Shown: positions 1 to 7,661, numbered from the stretch's first letter. The stretch: 51,549 nt of DNA from Candidatus Methylomirabilota bacterium (GCA_035249225.1 DATFGS010000274.1:1-51549); one strand, 5' to 3'. Numbers and translations are program-made. Notes: generated by a model from the letters alone, not told the origin.

Positions 1-125
1 AGCCGCACGCGCCCGTCGGTCTCGTTGACGAAGACCGGGAAGCAGAGCTCGCCGTAGATGCCGAGCTCGCGGATGAACTTGTCGAGGCGCATCTCGAGCT
101 GGTTGACCGGATCGGTCCAGAACCC
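1..125. repeat. Exact 125-nt direct repeat, copy 1 (matches 51425..51549); circular-assembly overlap or terminal redundancy
   Basis: Base-by-base identity read directly from both window ends. Confidence 0.95.
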
Positions 126-485
126 GCCGATCACCTTCTGCACCGCCTCGTCGTCGCTCGCGACCTTCGCGCCCTCGCCCAGGCAGAAGTCGACCGGCGT
201 CTCGATCAGCCACTGCGCGAGCGGGTTGCGCTCCCAGAGCCAGTAGGCGATCTGGCACATCCGGTCCTGCATCAGCGGCTGCAGATCGCGCGGCGGGACG
301 ACCGTGTTCAGCGATTGCGAGAGCCGCCGGAACCCGGCCGCCGCCAGGTCCACGTCGCGCCGCTGCAGATCACCGACCGCCTCCCGCACGCGCGCGCGCG
401 CCATCGGCGCGGGGTCCTGGACCCAGCGGGCGCGGAGCTCCCGCTCGAACGTCGCGGCGAGTGTGCGGTAGGGGACGGCGGCCAT
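1..485 (-). CDS. Portal protein, N-terminal 161 codons (ORF continues across the circular junction into 51424..50326)
   Basis: ATG at 485 is preceded by an in-frame TAG (494-492). Translation is MAAVPYRTLAATFERELRARW... It is in frame with track ORF 50326..51516 (51516 maps to position 92; 485-92 = 393 nt). It lies immediately downstream of TerL. Confidence 0.8.
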   Translation of the reverse strand, partial: MAAVPYRTLAATFERELRARWVQDPAPMARARVREAVGDLQRRDVDLAAAGFRRLSQSLNTVVPPRDLQPLMQDRMCQIAYWLWERNPLAQWLIETPVDFCLGEGAKVASDDEAVQKVIGGFWTDPVNQLEMRLDKFIRELGIYGELCFPVFVNETDGRVR

Positions 486-491
486 GTCGCG

Positions 492-695
492 CTAGGGCGC
501 CTGGACCCCCGAGGCGGTCGTCGCGGTGTCCTCGGCCGGCGTCGGCCGGTGCCCCATCGGCCCGAGCTTCGCCGGGATCCGCGCCTTCGCGAGATCCGCC
601 ATCCGGGCCGGATCGTCGATCAGCCCGGCCCAGACCTGTTCGTCGTACTTCGCATGCCCCTCGCGCGCCAGCCCCTTGCCGTTCTTCTCGGCCAT
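492..695 (-). CDS. Small hypothetical protein (67 aa) between large terminase and portal
   Basis: ATG at 695 with a GGGAGG Shine-Dalgarno 5 nt upstream. Product is MAEKNGKGLAREGHAKYDEQVWAGLIDDPARMADLAK... This is the tail end of spurious long track ORF 492..2156. Confidence 0.6.
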   Translation of the reverse strand: MAEKNGKGLAREGHAKYDEQVWAGLIDDPARMADLAKARIPAKLGPMGHRPTPAEDTATTASGVQAP

Positions 696-712
696 CGTCG
701 CCTCCCTCGCGG

Positions 713-2389
713 CTACCGGAACATCCGGACGCCGGTCAATCGGCCGAACCCCATCGCCCCGCGCCGCGGAACGCCGTCCGGACCGAACTGGTTCAACTCC
801 TCGTGCAACGCCGCGCTCTCCGGATCCCCGGCCTCCCGCGCCGCTGCCCGCTCGTAGGTCGCCGCCATCCCCCCGACCGCGGGCTGCATCGACGCCGCCA
901 GCTCCGCGATCACGCCGCACACCGCGTTCGCCCGGTCGTCGTGCCCGCCGGGCGCGTGGTCCACCATCGGCACCCGCCCGCCGGGCTTCACGCGCTCCTC
1001 GAGCCCGCCGAGCTGGCCGGTCAGGATCGGATCCGCCGGGAGCTCGACGCGGTCCTCGTTGAAGAACGGCTTCGCCTCGCGGTAGAGCTGCGACTTGTGC
1101 TTGTCCGCCGGGTCGTACGCGATGCCGTGCTTGCGGAACTCCTGCGCGACCCAGTCGCCCGCGAACTTGTCGCCCTTCACCGTCCCGCACCGGTACCGCT
1201 TGATCACCTCGGCGTAGTCGGCGACGACCTGGGTCAGCTCGAGCTTCTCGCCCGGCTCGCGCACCCGGCCCGCGACGTAGTCGATCCGCACCCGCACCCC
1301 GTCCTCGGTGTGCCCGATCGCCAGCGCGAACTCGTCCGCGCCGCCGCCCGACGGATCCGCAAACGCCACGTAGCGCCACTGCGAGTCCGGCGCCAGCGCC
1401 GCCGTCGACGGCCGCGTGCACGCCTCGACGCGCAGGAGCTCCAAGAACGCCCCCTCGGCCGAGGCGATGAACTCCGCGTCGTACTCCCGCCGCGCCGACA
1501 GGGGATTCTTCCGCCGGTCCTCGGCCAGGTCGGCCTCCGTCACCGCCGGATTCATCAGCGTCGTCGGCGCGTGCCAGACCAGCACGTCGGGCTGCTCCAC
1601 CCCGAAATACCGGTCGTAGTCCGCGAACATCACCCCGACCCGCCCGCCGAGCGCGGGGGTCGAGATCTTCACCAGCCGCGGCCGCCCCTTCGCGCGGAAC
1701 GCCACCATCCCGCGCCGCACCGCCTCCTGAATCTGCTTGTCCAGCGCCTTGCCCGAGTCCGTCCGGAAGAACGCGACCTCGTCCATGATCGCCGCCGGCA
1801 CCGACTTCCCCCGCACCGCCCGCCCCGTACACGGCAGGCAATGGATCTCCATCGGGTGCCCCTTCGCCGACCGCATCTTGAGCTTCTTCGCCGAGTCCAG
1901 CAGCAGGAACGGCGACAGCCGCGCCGACGCCACCAGATACCCCCGCGCGTAGTCGAACGCCGTCTGCGTCGCCTCCGCGTCCTGCGCGAACAGCGGAATC
2001 ACCCCGACCTCGCCCTTCGCGATCGCGTGCCCGCCGTAGATCGCCTCGTACAGCGCGATCGGCACCGCGATCCGCGAGTCCTTCCCGCTCCGCGCGCCGG
2101 CGACGATCGTGACCTCGCCGTAGCTGTGGGGTGAGTACTCCTCGCGCCCCGTGCACCGGCGGAAGAGGTCGAGCTCCTCGTCGCCCTCCAGCGCCAGGCC
2201 GTAGATCGCCTTCAGGAGCACGCGCTGCGCCGGCGAAATCTCCAGCGCCAGATACGCCCGCCCCTCGACAAACTCGACAATCGTCGGCACCTTCGCCGTC
2301 CCCGGCGTCCGCGACTCCGCCGGCTCCCCCGCCTCCGCACTCGGCGCGTTCGCCGTCGACGCATGCTGCGCCCGGCGCGCGAGCGTCAT
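713..2389 (-). CDS. terL: Terminase large subunit
   Basis: Walker A VAGARSGKDS and Walker B AAIMDEVAFF. RNaseH-like nuclease motifs FADPSGGGADEFAL and GGHDDRANAV. The start was trimmed to ATG 2389 (MTLARR...), which has a GAGG SD and an ATGA overlap with the upstream ORF. Confidence 0.93.
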   Translation of the reverse strand: MTLARRAQHASTANAPSAEAGEPAESRTPGTAKVPTIVEFVEGRAYLALEISPAQRVLLKAIYGLALEGDEELDLFRRCTGREEYSPHSYGEVTIVAGARSGKDSRIAVPIALYEAIYGGHAIAKGEVGVIPLFAQDAEATQTAFDYARGYLVASARLSPFLLLDSAKKLKMRSAKGHPMEIHCLPCTGRAVRGKSVPAAIMDEVAFFRTDSGKALDKQIQEAVRRGMVAFRAKGRPRLVKISTPALGGRVGVMFADYDRYFGVEQPDVLVWHAPTTLMNPAVTEADLAEDRRKNPLSARREYDAEFIASAEGAFLELLRVEACTRPSTAALAPDSQWRYVAFADPSGGGADEFALAIGHTEDGVRVRIDYVAGRVREPGEKLELTQVVADYAEVIKRYRCGTVKGDKFAGDWVAQEFRKHGIAYDPADKHKSQLYREAKPFFNEDRVELPADPILTGQLGGLEERVKPGGRVPMVDHAPGGHDDRANAVCGVIAELAASMQPAVGGMAATYERAAAREAGDPESAALHEELNQFGPDGVPRRGAMGFGRLTGVRMFR

Positions 2390-2670
2390 CGCTTCAGCCT
2401 CGCCGCCACGTCGCGGAGGAGATTCGGATTCTCTGTCAGCGCCTCGCGCAGCGCCCCCACGAACCGCGGACGGAAACTCCTCGCCACGCCGCACAGCGAG
2501 ACGACGACTTGGTCGATCACATGGCCCGCCTCCCTCGTGAAACTCTGGGGGAACGGGTCGGCGTCCGAGGCCGATCGCGCTCGAGGATCAACCGACGGGG
2601 GTCCAGGTCGCCGCGCACAATGCGGGTTGTGCCCGGCGCTCGAGCTCGACGACGACGCGGTGTCTTGCAT
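2386..2670 (-). CDS. Hypothetical protein translationally coupled to TerL (possible small terminase by position only; true start may be GTG 2520, giving 44 aa)
   Basis: Its stop overlaps the terL ATG (ATGA). The N-terminal half is low-complexity with weaker third-position GC. A strong GAGGGAGG SD lies about 9 nt before in-frame GTG 2520. Confidence 0.4.
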   Translation of the reverse strand: MQDTASSSSSSAGHNPHCARRPGPPSVDPRARSASDADPFPQSFTREAGHVIDQVVVSLCGVARSFRPRFVGALREALTENPNLLRDVAARLKR

Positions 2671-2789
2671 CTCCGCGTCACCATGCCGCGAACTCAGCGC
2701 GCGCGTCTACTCGCTCGCGTGGGCCCCAAGGGTGTGACCTCCATAGAGCGTGAAGTTGCTACGAGCGCGCGGTGTGACGGTGGACTGTG

Positions 2790-3026
2790 CTAAAAGGCGG
2801 GTCTCCGCAGTTCGGAGGGTTTTTTCCCGAGGGCGGTGATTTGTTGCAGGTAGGCGACGGTAGCGGGGGAGAGGCGGATGCGGCGGGTGCGGCCGCGGTT
2901 CTTGGTGATCCAGATGCGTTGGCGGGGGAGTTGGTGTTTGGAGATGAGGTTGACGATGGTGCGGACGTTGCGTTCGCAGAGGGTGGCGGCTTGCTCCAGG
3001 GTGTACCAGACCTCGGGGTCGGTCAT
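2790..3026 (-). CDS. Helix-turn-helix DNA-binding protein (excisionase/MerR-like HTH; alternative small-terminase or Xis candidate)
   Basis: YTLEQAATLCERNVRTIVNLISKHQLP is a typical short winged-HTH. Product is 78 aa. Its start overlaps the stop of the upstream gene (ATGA at 3023-3026). Confidence 0.65.
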   Translation of the reverse strand: MTDPEVWYTLEQAATLCERNVRTIVNLISKHQLPRQRIWITKNRGRTRRIRLSPATVAYLQQITALGKKPSELRRPAF

Positions 3027-3790
3027 GGGACCTCCGGGGGGTCGTCGTCTGGGGGTGGGGTGGGGGGGGTACCCCAGGCGGGGACGGGCTTCGGGGGGAG
3101 GCCGATGCCGTCGAGGATGGCGCGGACGGAGGCGAGGCCGTTCTCGTAGGTGCCGGGGGGCGGCTCGGGGTAGGTGGGGAGGGGGGGTGGAGTGTGGGCT
3201 GACCCTGACGCTGGCTTGGGTGACCCTGCCACGGGGGTAAGGGGGTTCTTATCTCTTCTACTTCTACTTCTAGTCACATTTGGTGACGCTTGTGACGGGG
3301 TGTGTGACGGGTCCGGTGACGGTGTGGGCGCGTCACCGTGACGCTTGCCTCTCCAGGCCCTCGTGCGATGGAGGCTGTTACTTTCCTGGTATTTGGACCA
3401 ATTGCGGAACGTCACGGTGACGGTCAGCGGGTCAGTATCGAAGTCCAGCTGTTCGCCCTGACTTTCGTGGCTGACTCTAGCCTGACCCTGGCCTGACTCT
3501 AGCCTGACCTTGGCCTGACCTTCGTGGGTGTCCGCGGCCGTCACGGTGACGCCTGGAACGCGCCCCAGGAACCGCCCGCAGAGGCGCCGCGCGCGGGCCC
3601 CCTCGGCGGCAAAGTCGAGGGCATGGACAAGGCTCCGGAGGGGACCCGTCCAGACCCCCTCGACGCCATGCTCGGCGACGAAGAGCAGGAGATGGAGCCA
3701 GCGCCCCTGATCGCGATACGTGAGGCGCTGGATGCCGGGGTCGGTGCGGAAGGACTTCCAGAGTTTGATCCAGGGGCGCTGGTCGGCCAT
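3023..3790 (-). CDS. Replisome-organizer-like replication initiator (lambda O-like arrangement, ori inside the gene)
   Basis: The N-terminus MADQRPWIKLWKSFRTDPGIQRL resembles phage replisome-organizer N-domains. The start was trimmed to ATG 3790 (TGATG overlap). Dense iterons and an AT-richer patch lie in the middle of the ORF. The C-terminus is Pro-rich. Confidence 0.6.
   Translation of the reverse strand: MADQRPWIKLWKSFRTDPGIQRLTYRDQGRWLHLLLFVAEHGVEGVWTGPLRSLVHALDFAAEGARARRLCGRFLGRVPGVTVTAADTHEGQAKVRLESGQGQARVSHESQGEQLDFDTDPLTVTVTFRNWSKYQESNSLHRTRAWRGKRHGDAPTPSPDPSHTPSQASPNVTRSRSRRDKNPLTPVAGSPKPASGSAHTPPPLPTYPEPPPGTYENGLASVRAILDGIGLPPKPVPAWGTPPTPPPDDDPPEVP
3255..3550. promoter_or_regulatory. 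Putative origin of replication: hexamer repeats, GTGACG iterons, 11-bp-phased CCTGAC iterons, three GTCACnGTGAC palindromes
   Basis: (CTTCTA)x3 at 3255-3272. GTGACG(G) at 3283, 3292, 3304, 3316 and 3338. Palindromes at 3332-3342, 3411-3421 and 3540-3550. (C/G)CTGAC at 3457, 3470, 3481, 3492, 3503 and 3514. Inverted GGTCAG at 3422 and 3430. A locally AT-richer stretch spans 3371-3410. Confidence 0.6.
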
Positions 3791-4104
3791 CACGGCTCCT
3801 GTGGCAGATCCGGGATCTGGGGGTCCTGGGCGACGCGCTCCAGGGCGTCGATCAGGGCGGGGTGGTCCTTGGCGAGCTGGTCGACGACCTTGGTGATCTC
3901 CGCCACCTTGCCGGCAGCGCCGAAGGCCAGCTCCAGGCGGCGCGCCGGCTCGCCGGGGGCCAGGGCGAGCTCGAGGAGCGCGTCGACGTCCTCGTAGAGG
4001 CGCAGGAGGTCGTCGAGACCGAGCGGGCTGGCGGGGGCGGTCGGGTTCTTGCGCCACTCGCTGACGAGCGCGTCGGCGGCGGGATCGAGCGGCTCGTGGG
4101 TCAC
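3790..4104 (-). CDS. Hypothetical protein (104 aa, acidic/helical)
   Basis: Only the C-terminal part of track ORF 3790..4596 looks protein-like (VTHEPLDPAADALVSEWRKNP...LIDALERVAQD). GTG 4104 lies 35 nt after the upstream stop. The SD is weak. Confidence 0.5.
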   Translation of the reverse strand: MTHEPLDPAADALVSEWRKNPTAPASPLGLDDLLRLYEDVDALLELALAPGEPARRLELAFGAAGKVAEITKVVDQLAKDHPALIDALERVAQDPQIPDLPQEP

Positions 4105-4138
4105 GCGGCGCCGTCGCGGGCGCCCGCAGCCGAGCGGG

Positions 4139-4771
4139 TCATGCCCGGAGCTTCCGCCCGGTCTCGCGGGCCTGGTTGAGGCGGGCCATCGCATCATGGG
4201 AACCTCCCTCGTGGTCGGGGTGCGCGGCCTTGGCGAGTTTGCGATAGGCGTCGTCGATCTGCTCGAGGCTGGCGGTCGGCAGCACGCCCAGGATCTCGAA
4301 CCATTGCTCGCCCGCAGGGAGCGCGGCGTAGCCGGCGAACGCCTGCTCCAGCGTGCCCACGCCGTAGCGGTCGACGGCGCGGATGGCCTCGATGTGGGCC
4401 GCGATCGCGGCGATGTTATCGGCGACGCGGAGCCAGCGGTCACAGGCGAGCGTACGCGGCTTGCCCTCGAGCTGGAAGTAGACGGCCGCGCCCGGGTCAA
4501 GGGGGTCGCGTTGGTCGGAGCGGGGAAGGCCGTCGAGACGGAGAACGAGATTCGTCGAGAGGATCTCGTTCGCCGCGCCGAGGCGATCCAGTTCAAGGCG
4601 GAGGCGCTGGGTCGCAGTGTAGACGGAGATCTCGCTGGATGTCCGCCATGACTGCTGGCCGTCGCTACTGTACTTCCGCGAGCTCTGCGAGAAGCGGGCG
4701 CGCTGGCGGTGGCGCGGCTCGGTCCGGCGCCAGCCGGCGGGCCACGCGAGCGGGTAGCGTTGTTGATTCAT
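4139..4771 (-). CDS. J-domain (DnaJ-like) protein
   Basis: C-terminal J domain WFEILGVLPTASLEQIDDAYRKLAKAAHPDHEGG with the HPD motif. Start ATG 4771 (MNQQRYPLAWPAGW) has an ATGA overlap. Confidence 0.8.
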   Translation of the reverse strand: MNQQRYPLAWPAGWRRTEPRHRQRARFSQSSRKYSSDGQQSWRTSSEISVYTATQRLRLELDRLGAANEILSTNLVLRLDGLPRSDQRDPLDPGAAVYFQLEGKPRTLACDRWLRVADNIAAIAAHIEAIRAVDRYGVGTLEQAFAGYAALPAGEQWFEILGVLPTASLEQIDDAYRKLAKAAHPDHEGGSHDAMARLNQARETGRKLRA

Positions 4772-4938
4772 CGCGACTCCGCGCGTTCCATGCTGGCCCG
4801 GAGGCGGTCGACCTCGCGCAGGGCCTGGCGGTAGTATCCGCGCTCGATCAGCCGGCCGATGTGCTCGAGGCGGAGCTGGTAGCGGTCCAGGCTCCGGGAG
4901 CTCGCGGCCTGACGGGGCTTCGTCACGGTCTTTCTCAT
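4768..4938 (-). CDS. Small hypothetical protein (56 aa, helical)
   Basis: ATGA overlaps at both ends. Product is MRKTVTKPRQAASSRSLDRYQLRLEHIGRLIERGYYRQALREVDRL... Confidence 0.55.
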   Translation of the reverse strand: MRKTVTKPRQAASSRSLDRYQLRLEHIGRLIERGYYRQALREVDRLRASMERAESR

Positions 4939-5306
4939 GGCGTCTTCTCCTCGAAGAGATCGGCAATCGCCTTGCCGCGCCGGCGCGTGTGGAAGGCGTT
5001 GCGCTGGTGGTGGGGCACGTCGTAGCGGAGATGGCACCGATTGCACATCGCCCGGACGTGGGCGGGATCCGCACAGAGCGGTTGACACCGACAGGGGCCG
5101 TCGGGCCCGTTGAGATGCGCGACGGTGAGGACGACGATCCCCTTCGCCCACTGGGCGGGCTGGCGGTCGCGCTCGACACAGCGACGCGGGCCCGGGTGGG
5201 TCCGATGGAGACCGCACTCGCCTAAGCACTCGCATTGCCCCTGCGCCCGCCCGTAGCGGATCATCCGGCTGAATGTCTTCCACTCCGGCGGATAGACCGG
5301 CTTCAT
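4935..5306 (-). CDS. HNH endonuclease
   Basis: CECLGECGLH...LTVAHLNG...CNRCHLRYD (Cys-rich HNH/zinc motif). The start was trimmed to ATG 5306. Confidence 0.85.
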   Translation of the reverse strand: MKPVYPPEWKTFSRMIRYGRAQGQCECLGECGLHRTHPGPRRCVERDRQPAQWAKGIVVLTVAHLNGPDGPCRCQPLCADPAHVRAMCNRCHLRYDVPHHQRNAFHTRRRGKAIADLFEEKTP

Positions 5307-5551
5307 CGCTCGACGAATGCCCCCGTTGCGTAGTAGCCGCCGCGTTCCATCGCGCGGCGGTGCTCGTAGCCGCTGAATTCCGGCGCTGGCGTGCGTCGGC
5401 TCGCCGCGAGGACCTCGAGATACCGCGCATGGGCCTCGGCGCGGAGCACGGCGGGCGAGTCGAGGGCGACGGGCACCGGGGCGAAGAAGCCGCCGAGCCA
5501 GAGTCCGCCGAGGAACGCGGGGATCACAAGGGCGAGGAGAAGTCGCAACAT
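5303..5551 (-). CDS. Small membrane-anchored protein (82 aa)
   Basis: N-terminal hydrophobic helix MLRLLLALVIPAFLGGLWLGGFFAPVPV. ATGA overlap with the HNH start. Confidence 0.6.
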   Translation of the reverse strand: MLRLLLALVIPAFLGGLWLGGFFAPVPVALDSPAVLRAEAHARYLEVLAASRRTPAPEFSGYEHRRAMERGGYYATGAFVER

Positions 5552-5556
5552 CCTCG

Positions 5557-5793
5557 TCAGTCATCTCCGATCTTCAGGCCCAATTCTTCCCGCAGGAGCG
5601 CGCTGGTCGCACAGAGCCAGTCAAGCCGCGCGGGGGTTGCCCAGGGCGGCACCGTCCCCTGCCACGTCCGCGGGGGTGGCCCGCCCGCGCAGTAACGAGC
5701 CAGCCCGGGGTTCTCCGCTACGTCGAGCAGCGATGACACCGTGAGTAGAGCGGCGGCGGTGACCAGCAGGAGCGCAAGGAGACTGTTGAGCAT
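5557..5793 (-). CDS. Small membrane/secreted protein (78 aa)
   Basis: MLNSLLALLLVTAAALLTVSSLL is signal/TM-like. TGATG junction with the upstream Wzy_C gene. Confidence 0.55.
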   Translation of the reverse strand: MLNSLLALLLVTAAALLTVSSLLDVAENPGLARYCAGGPPPRTWQGTVPPWATPARLDWLCATSALLREELGLKIGDD

Positions 5794-6830
5794 CAGTCTT
5801 GAGCGTGGGTTGCCGGCAGGGCGAGGACGATGACCGCGGTGGCCGCCACGATCGCCACGTGGAAGGGGAACGTCCCCGCGCAGAGGACGGCGAGCGCCCA
5901 CGCGCCCGGGTGGCCCACTAGCCGCGCCCGGTGGATCCACACCCACCAGACGACGAAGCCGAGCCCCACCGCGCCCCCCTCGAAGAGGAGTTGCAGATAT
6001 TCCTGGTGGGCCTGCGCGAAATGCTCGCGGGTGTCGAACTGGGGCAGGTACCACGCCCAGGAGCCGGGGCCCAGGCCGAAGACGATGCCGTGGTCCCACC
6101 AGACGCGGAGGCCCTGCCGCCAGACCTCGAGGCGGGACCAGAGGCTATCCCAGGTCTTGTCGGCCCACCACCAGCCCGCGAGCACCGCGCCGATGGTCGC
6201 CGGCGGGCCCAGGAACCGCCAGGCGTGGCGATAGCGCACGGCGAGGGCGATGAGAAGGGCGAGCAGGCCGAGTCGGTTCCTGGCGAAGATCTGGCCCGCA
6301 AGACAGGCAGGAATCGACCACCACGGGGCCGCGGCGCCCACGAGCGCGAGGTAGGCGCCGAGCCATGTGTCATTGCCGAGGGTGCCGACCATGGTCCCCG
6401 TCGCCTTGAAGGGGGCGTCGGCCGCGTAGAAGGGATCGAGCCCGGCGAGCTGGAGCCCCGCGAGCACGGCCTGGACGACCCCGGAGAGGCCCAAGAGGAA
6501 GCGCAGGAGGTCGGTCCACGGCCACCCAAGCCGCCTGACGAGGATGAACGCGGCCGCGCCTAGGGCGACGGCGTCGGCCATGAGCCAGGCGCGGGCTGGG
6601 ACCGGCGCCCGGAGGGCATCGAGGGCGAGGTAGGCGGCGAACAGGCCGAGCGGGAGGTCGTAGCGGACGACCCACGCGGCGACGCCCAGAATCGCGAGGA
6701 GGTGCCAGACGACTAGCGGGGAGTTCGCCGCGGCGATGCCGGCGGGCCACTGGTAGAGCAGGAGCAGGCCGGTGAAGGGCAGGGCGATGATCGCGACGGT
6801 CGCGCCGAGGAGGAGCTCGAGGCGGGTCAT
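5793..6830 (-). CDS. O-antigen ligase/polymerase-like polytopic membrane protein (Wzy_C family), paralog 1
   Basis: About 10 hydrophobic segments. Motifs: FKATGTMVGTLGNDTWLGAYL, ARNRLGLLALL and GLGPGSWAWYLPQFDTREHFAQAHQEYLQLLFEGGAVGLG (the Wzy_C signature loop). Confidence 0.8.
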   Translation of the reverse strand: MTRLELLLGATVAIIALPFTGLLLLYQWPAGIAAANSPLVVWHLLAILGVAAWVVRYDLPLGLFAAYLALDALRAPVPARAWLMADAVALGAAAFILVRRLGWPWTDLLRFLLGLSGVVQAVLAGLQLAGLDPFYAADAPFKATGTMVGTLGNDTWLGAYLALVGAAAPWWSIPACLAGQIFARNRLGLLALLIALAVRYRHAWRFLGPPATIGAVLAGWWWADKTWDSLWSRLEVWRQGLRVWWDHGIVFGLGPGSWAWYLPQFDTREHFAQAHQEYLQLLFEGGAVGLGFVVWWVWIHRARLVGHPGAWALAVLCAGTFPFHVAIVAATAVIVLALPATHAQD

Positions 6831-7360
6831 GCCCCGTCTTTCGAGATGCGGTCGCGCTCGGCCTCGGAGATCGGGACGCCGAGCATGGTGGCGGCGGGTG
6901 GGCGCGGCGGGGTGAGGGCGGCGTCAAATTCCTCTTGCCAGGCATACCAGACGGATTTCGGCGGGGTGCCAGGCTCCGCGAGGATCTTCTGGACGCCGTT
7001 CAGCGCCTCCTCCAGCGCCCGCACGCGGGTCAGCAGCTTCGTGATGTAAGACAACGGGTGTTCTGCTGCGTATGGGCTCAGGCCATGCTCTTGAGCGAGC
7101 CGGAATAGTCCATCAACGATTCTCGGGGCCTTGCCAGGCTCCAGTAACTCGTTCAGTCGCGCCACCTCGGCGGTGAGCACCTCGACCTTCTCCCCCACAA
7201 CCCAGCCGGCGGTCAGCGCCTGCGTGATCGTGACCACGCGGGCCGCGCTCTGCAGGTTCTTGTCCATGCTCTCCTCACGCTGCTCGGTGACCACGACGCT
7301 CGTGTCGGCGTTCACCGTGGTCACGTTGCCGGTGATGCGGATCTCGGGACCGTTCCTCAT
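6827..7360 (-). CDS. Hypothetical protein (177 aa)
   Basis: AGGAGA SD. ATGA-coupled to Wzy_C paralog 1. No recognisable motif. Confidence 0.65.
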   Translation of the reverse strand: MRNGPEIRITGNVTTVNADTSVVVTEQREESMDKNLQSAARVVTITQALTAGWVVGEKVEVLTAEVARLNELLEPGKAPRIVDGLFRLAQEHGLSPYAAEHPLSYITKLLTRVRALEEALNGVQKILAEPGTPPKSVWYAWQEEFDAALTPPRPPAATMLGVPISEAERDRISKDGA

Positions 7361-7369
7361 CGTCGTCTC

Positions 7370-7651
7370 CTAGAGCGCGGCCGACAGCCGGTCGATCCGC
7401 TCGTTGAGGGCCAAGGCGGCGGTACGGATCTGCATGGCGAGGTCAGCCAACCCCGAGGGCCCCTTCGCCACGTCAGCGCCTCGCGACGGCTGGGCGCCGT
7501 GGATGCGCTCCTCCACCATCTCGAATCGCTGGTGCGAGAGATTGAGCTGCTCAAGGGCCTGCGCCAGCGTCTCGCTCAGGCTCACCTTGGGCGTGGGATT
7601 GCCCGTCAATGTCACGTTCGCGCGCGCTTGTACTTCTCCGTAGCTGCTCAT
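7370..7651 (-). CDS. Hypothetical protein (93 aa)
   Basis: GAGGAG SD before ATG 7651. Protein-like composition. Confidence 0.65.
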   Translation of the reverse strand: MSSYGEVQARANVTLTGNPTPKVSLSETLAQALEQLNLSHQRFEMVEERIHGAQPSRGADVAKGPSGLADLAMQIRTAALALNERIDRLSAAL

Positions 7652-7661
7652 GCTCGTCTCC

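Noticed and set aside
461-2134. Very long plus-strand ORFs opposite real genes (for example 461..2134, 10244..11275, 26791..28065, 29150..31204, 34197..36323, 36348..37892, 47142..49493), and long out-of-frame minus-strand ORFs (for example 492..2156, 12331..13854, 48922..49914)
   Set aside because: Their translations are Arg/Pro/Gly/Ala-rich low-complexity strings with no motifs. They shadow ORFs that carry clear motifs (TerL, tape measure, capsid and others). Open antisense or off-frame ORFs are expected in GC-rich DNA.
2803-2825. Small hairpin CTCCG-cagtt-CGGAG followed by T6 on the plus strand
   Set aside because: The stem is only 5 bp. It lies inside the minus-strand HTH CDS, and no plus-strand gene upstream needs termination.
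3457-3519. Regularly spaced short repeats that could superficially suggest a CRISPR array
   Set aside because: The period is only 11 bp with no spacers, the repeats lie inside a CDS, and there are no cas genes. They are interpreted as ori iterons.
3023-4057. Longest-ORF N-terminal extensions in the track (for example 3023..4057, 4139..5179, 4935..5564, 7662..8264, 18538..19953, 24073..24912, 32845..34407, 47166..50051, 49448..50905)
   Set aside because: The extensions are Arg/Pro-rich and overlap the upstream gene. They are replaced by internal ATG/GTG starts that have Shine-Dalgarno sequences and/or ATGA/GTGA coupling to the upstream stop.
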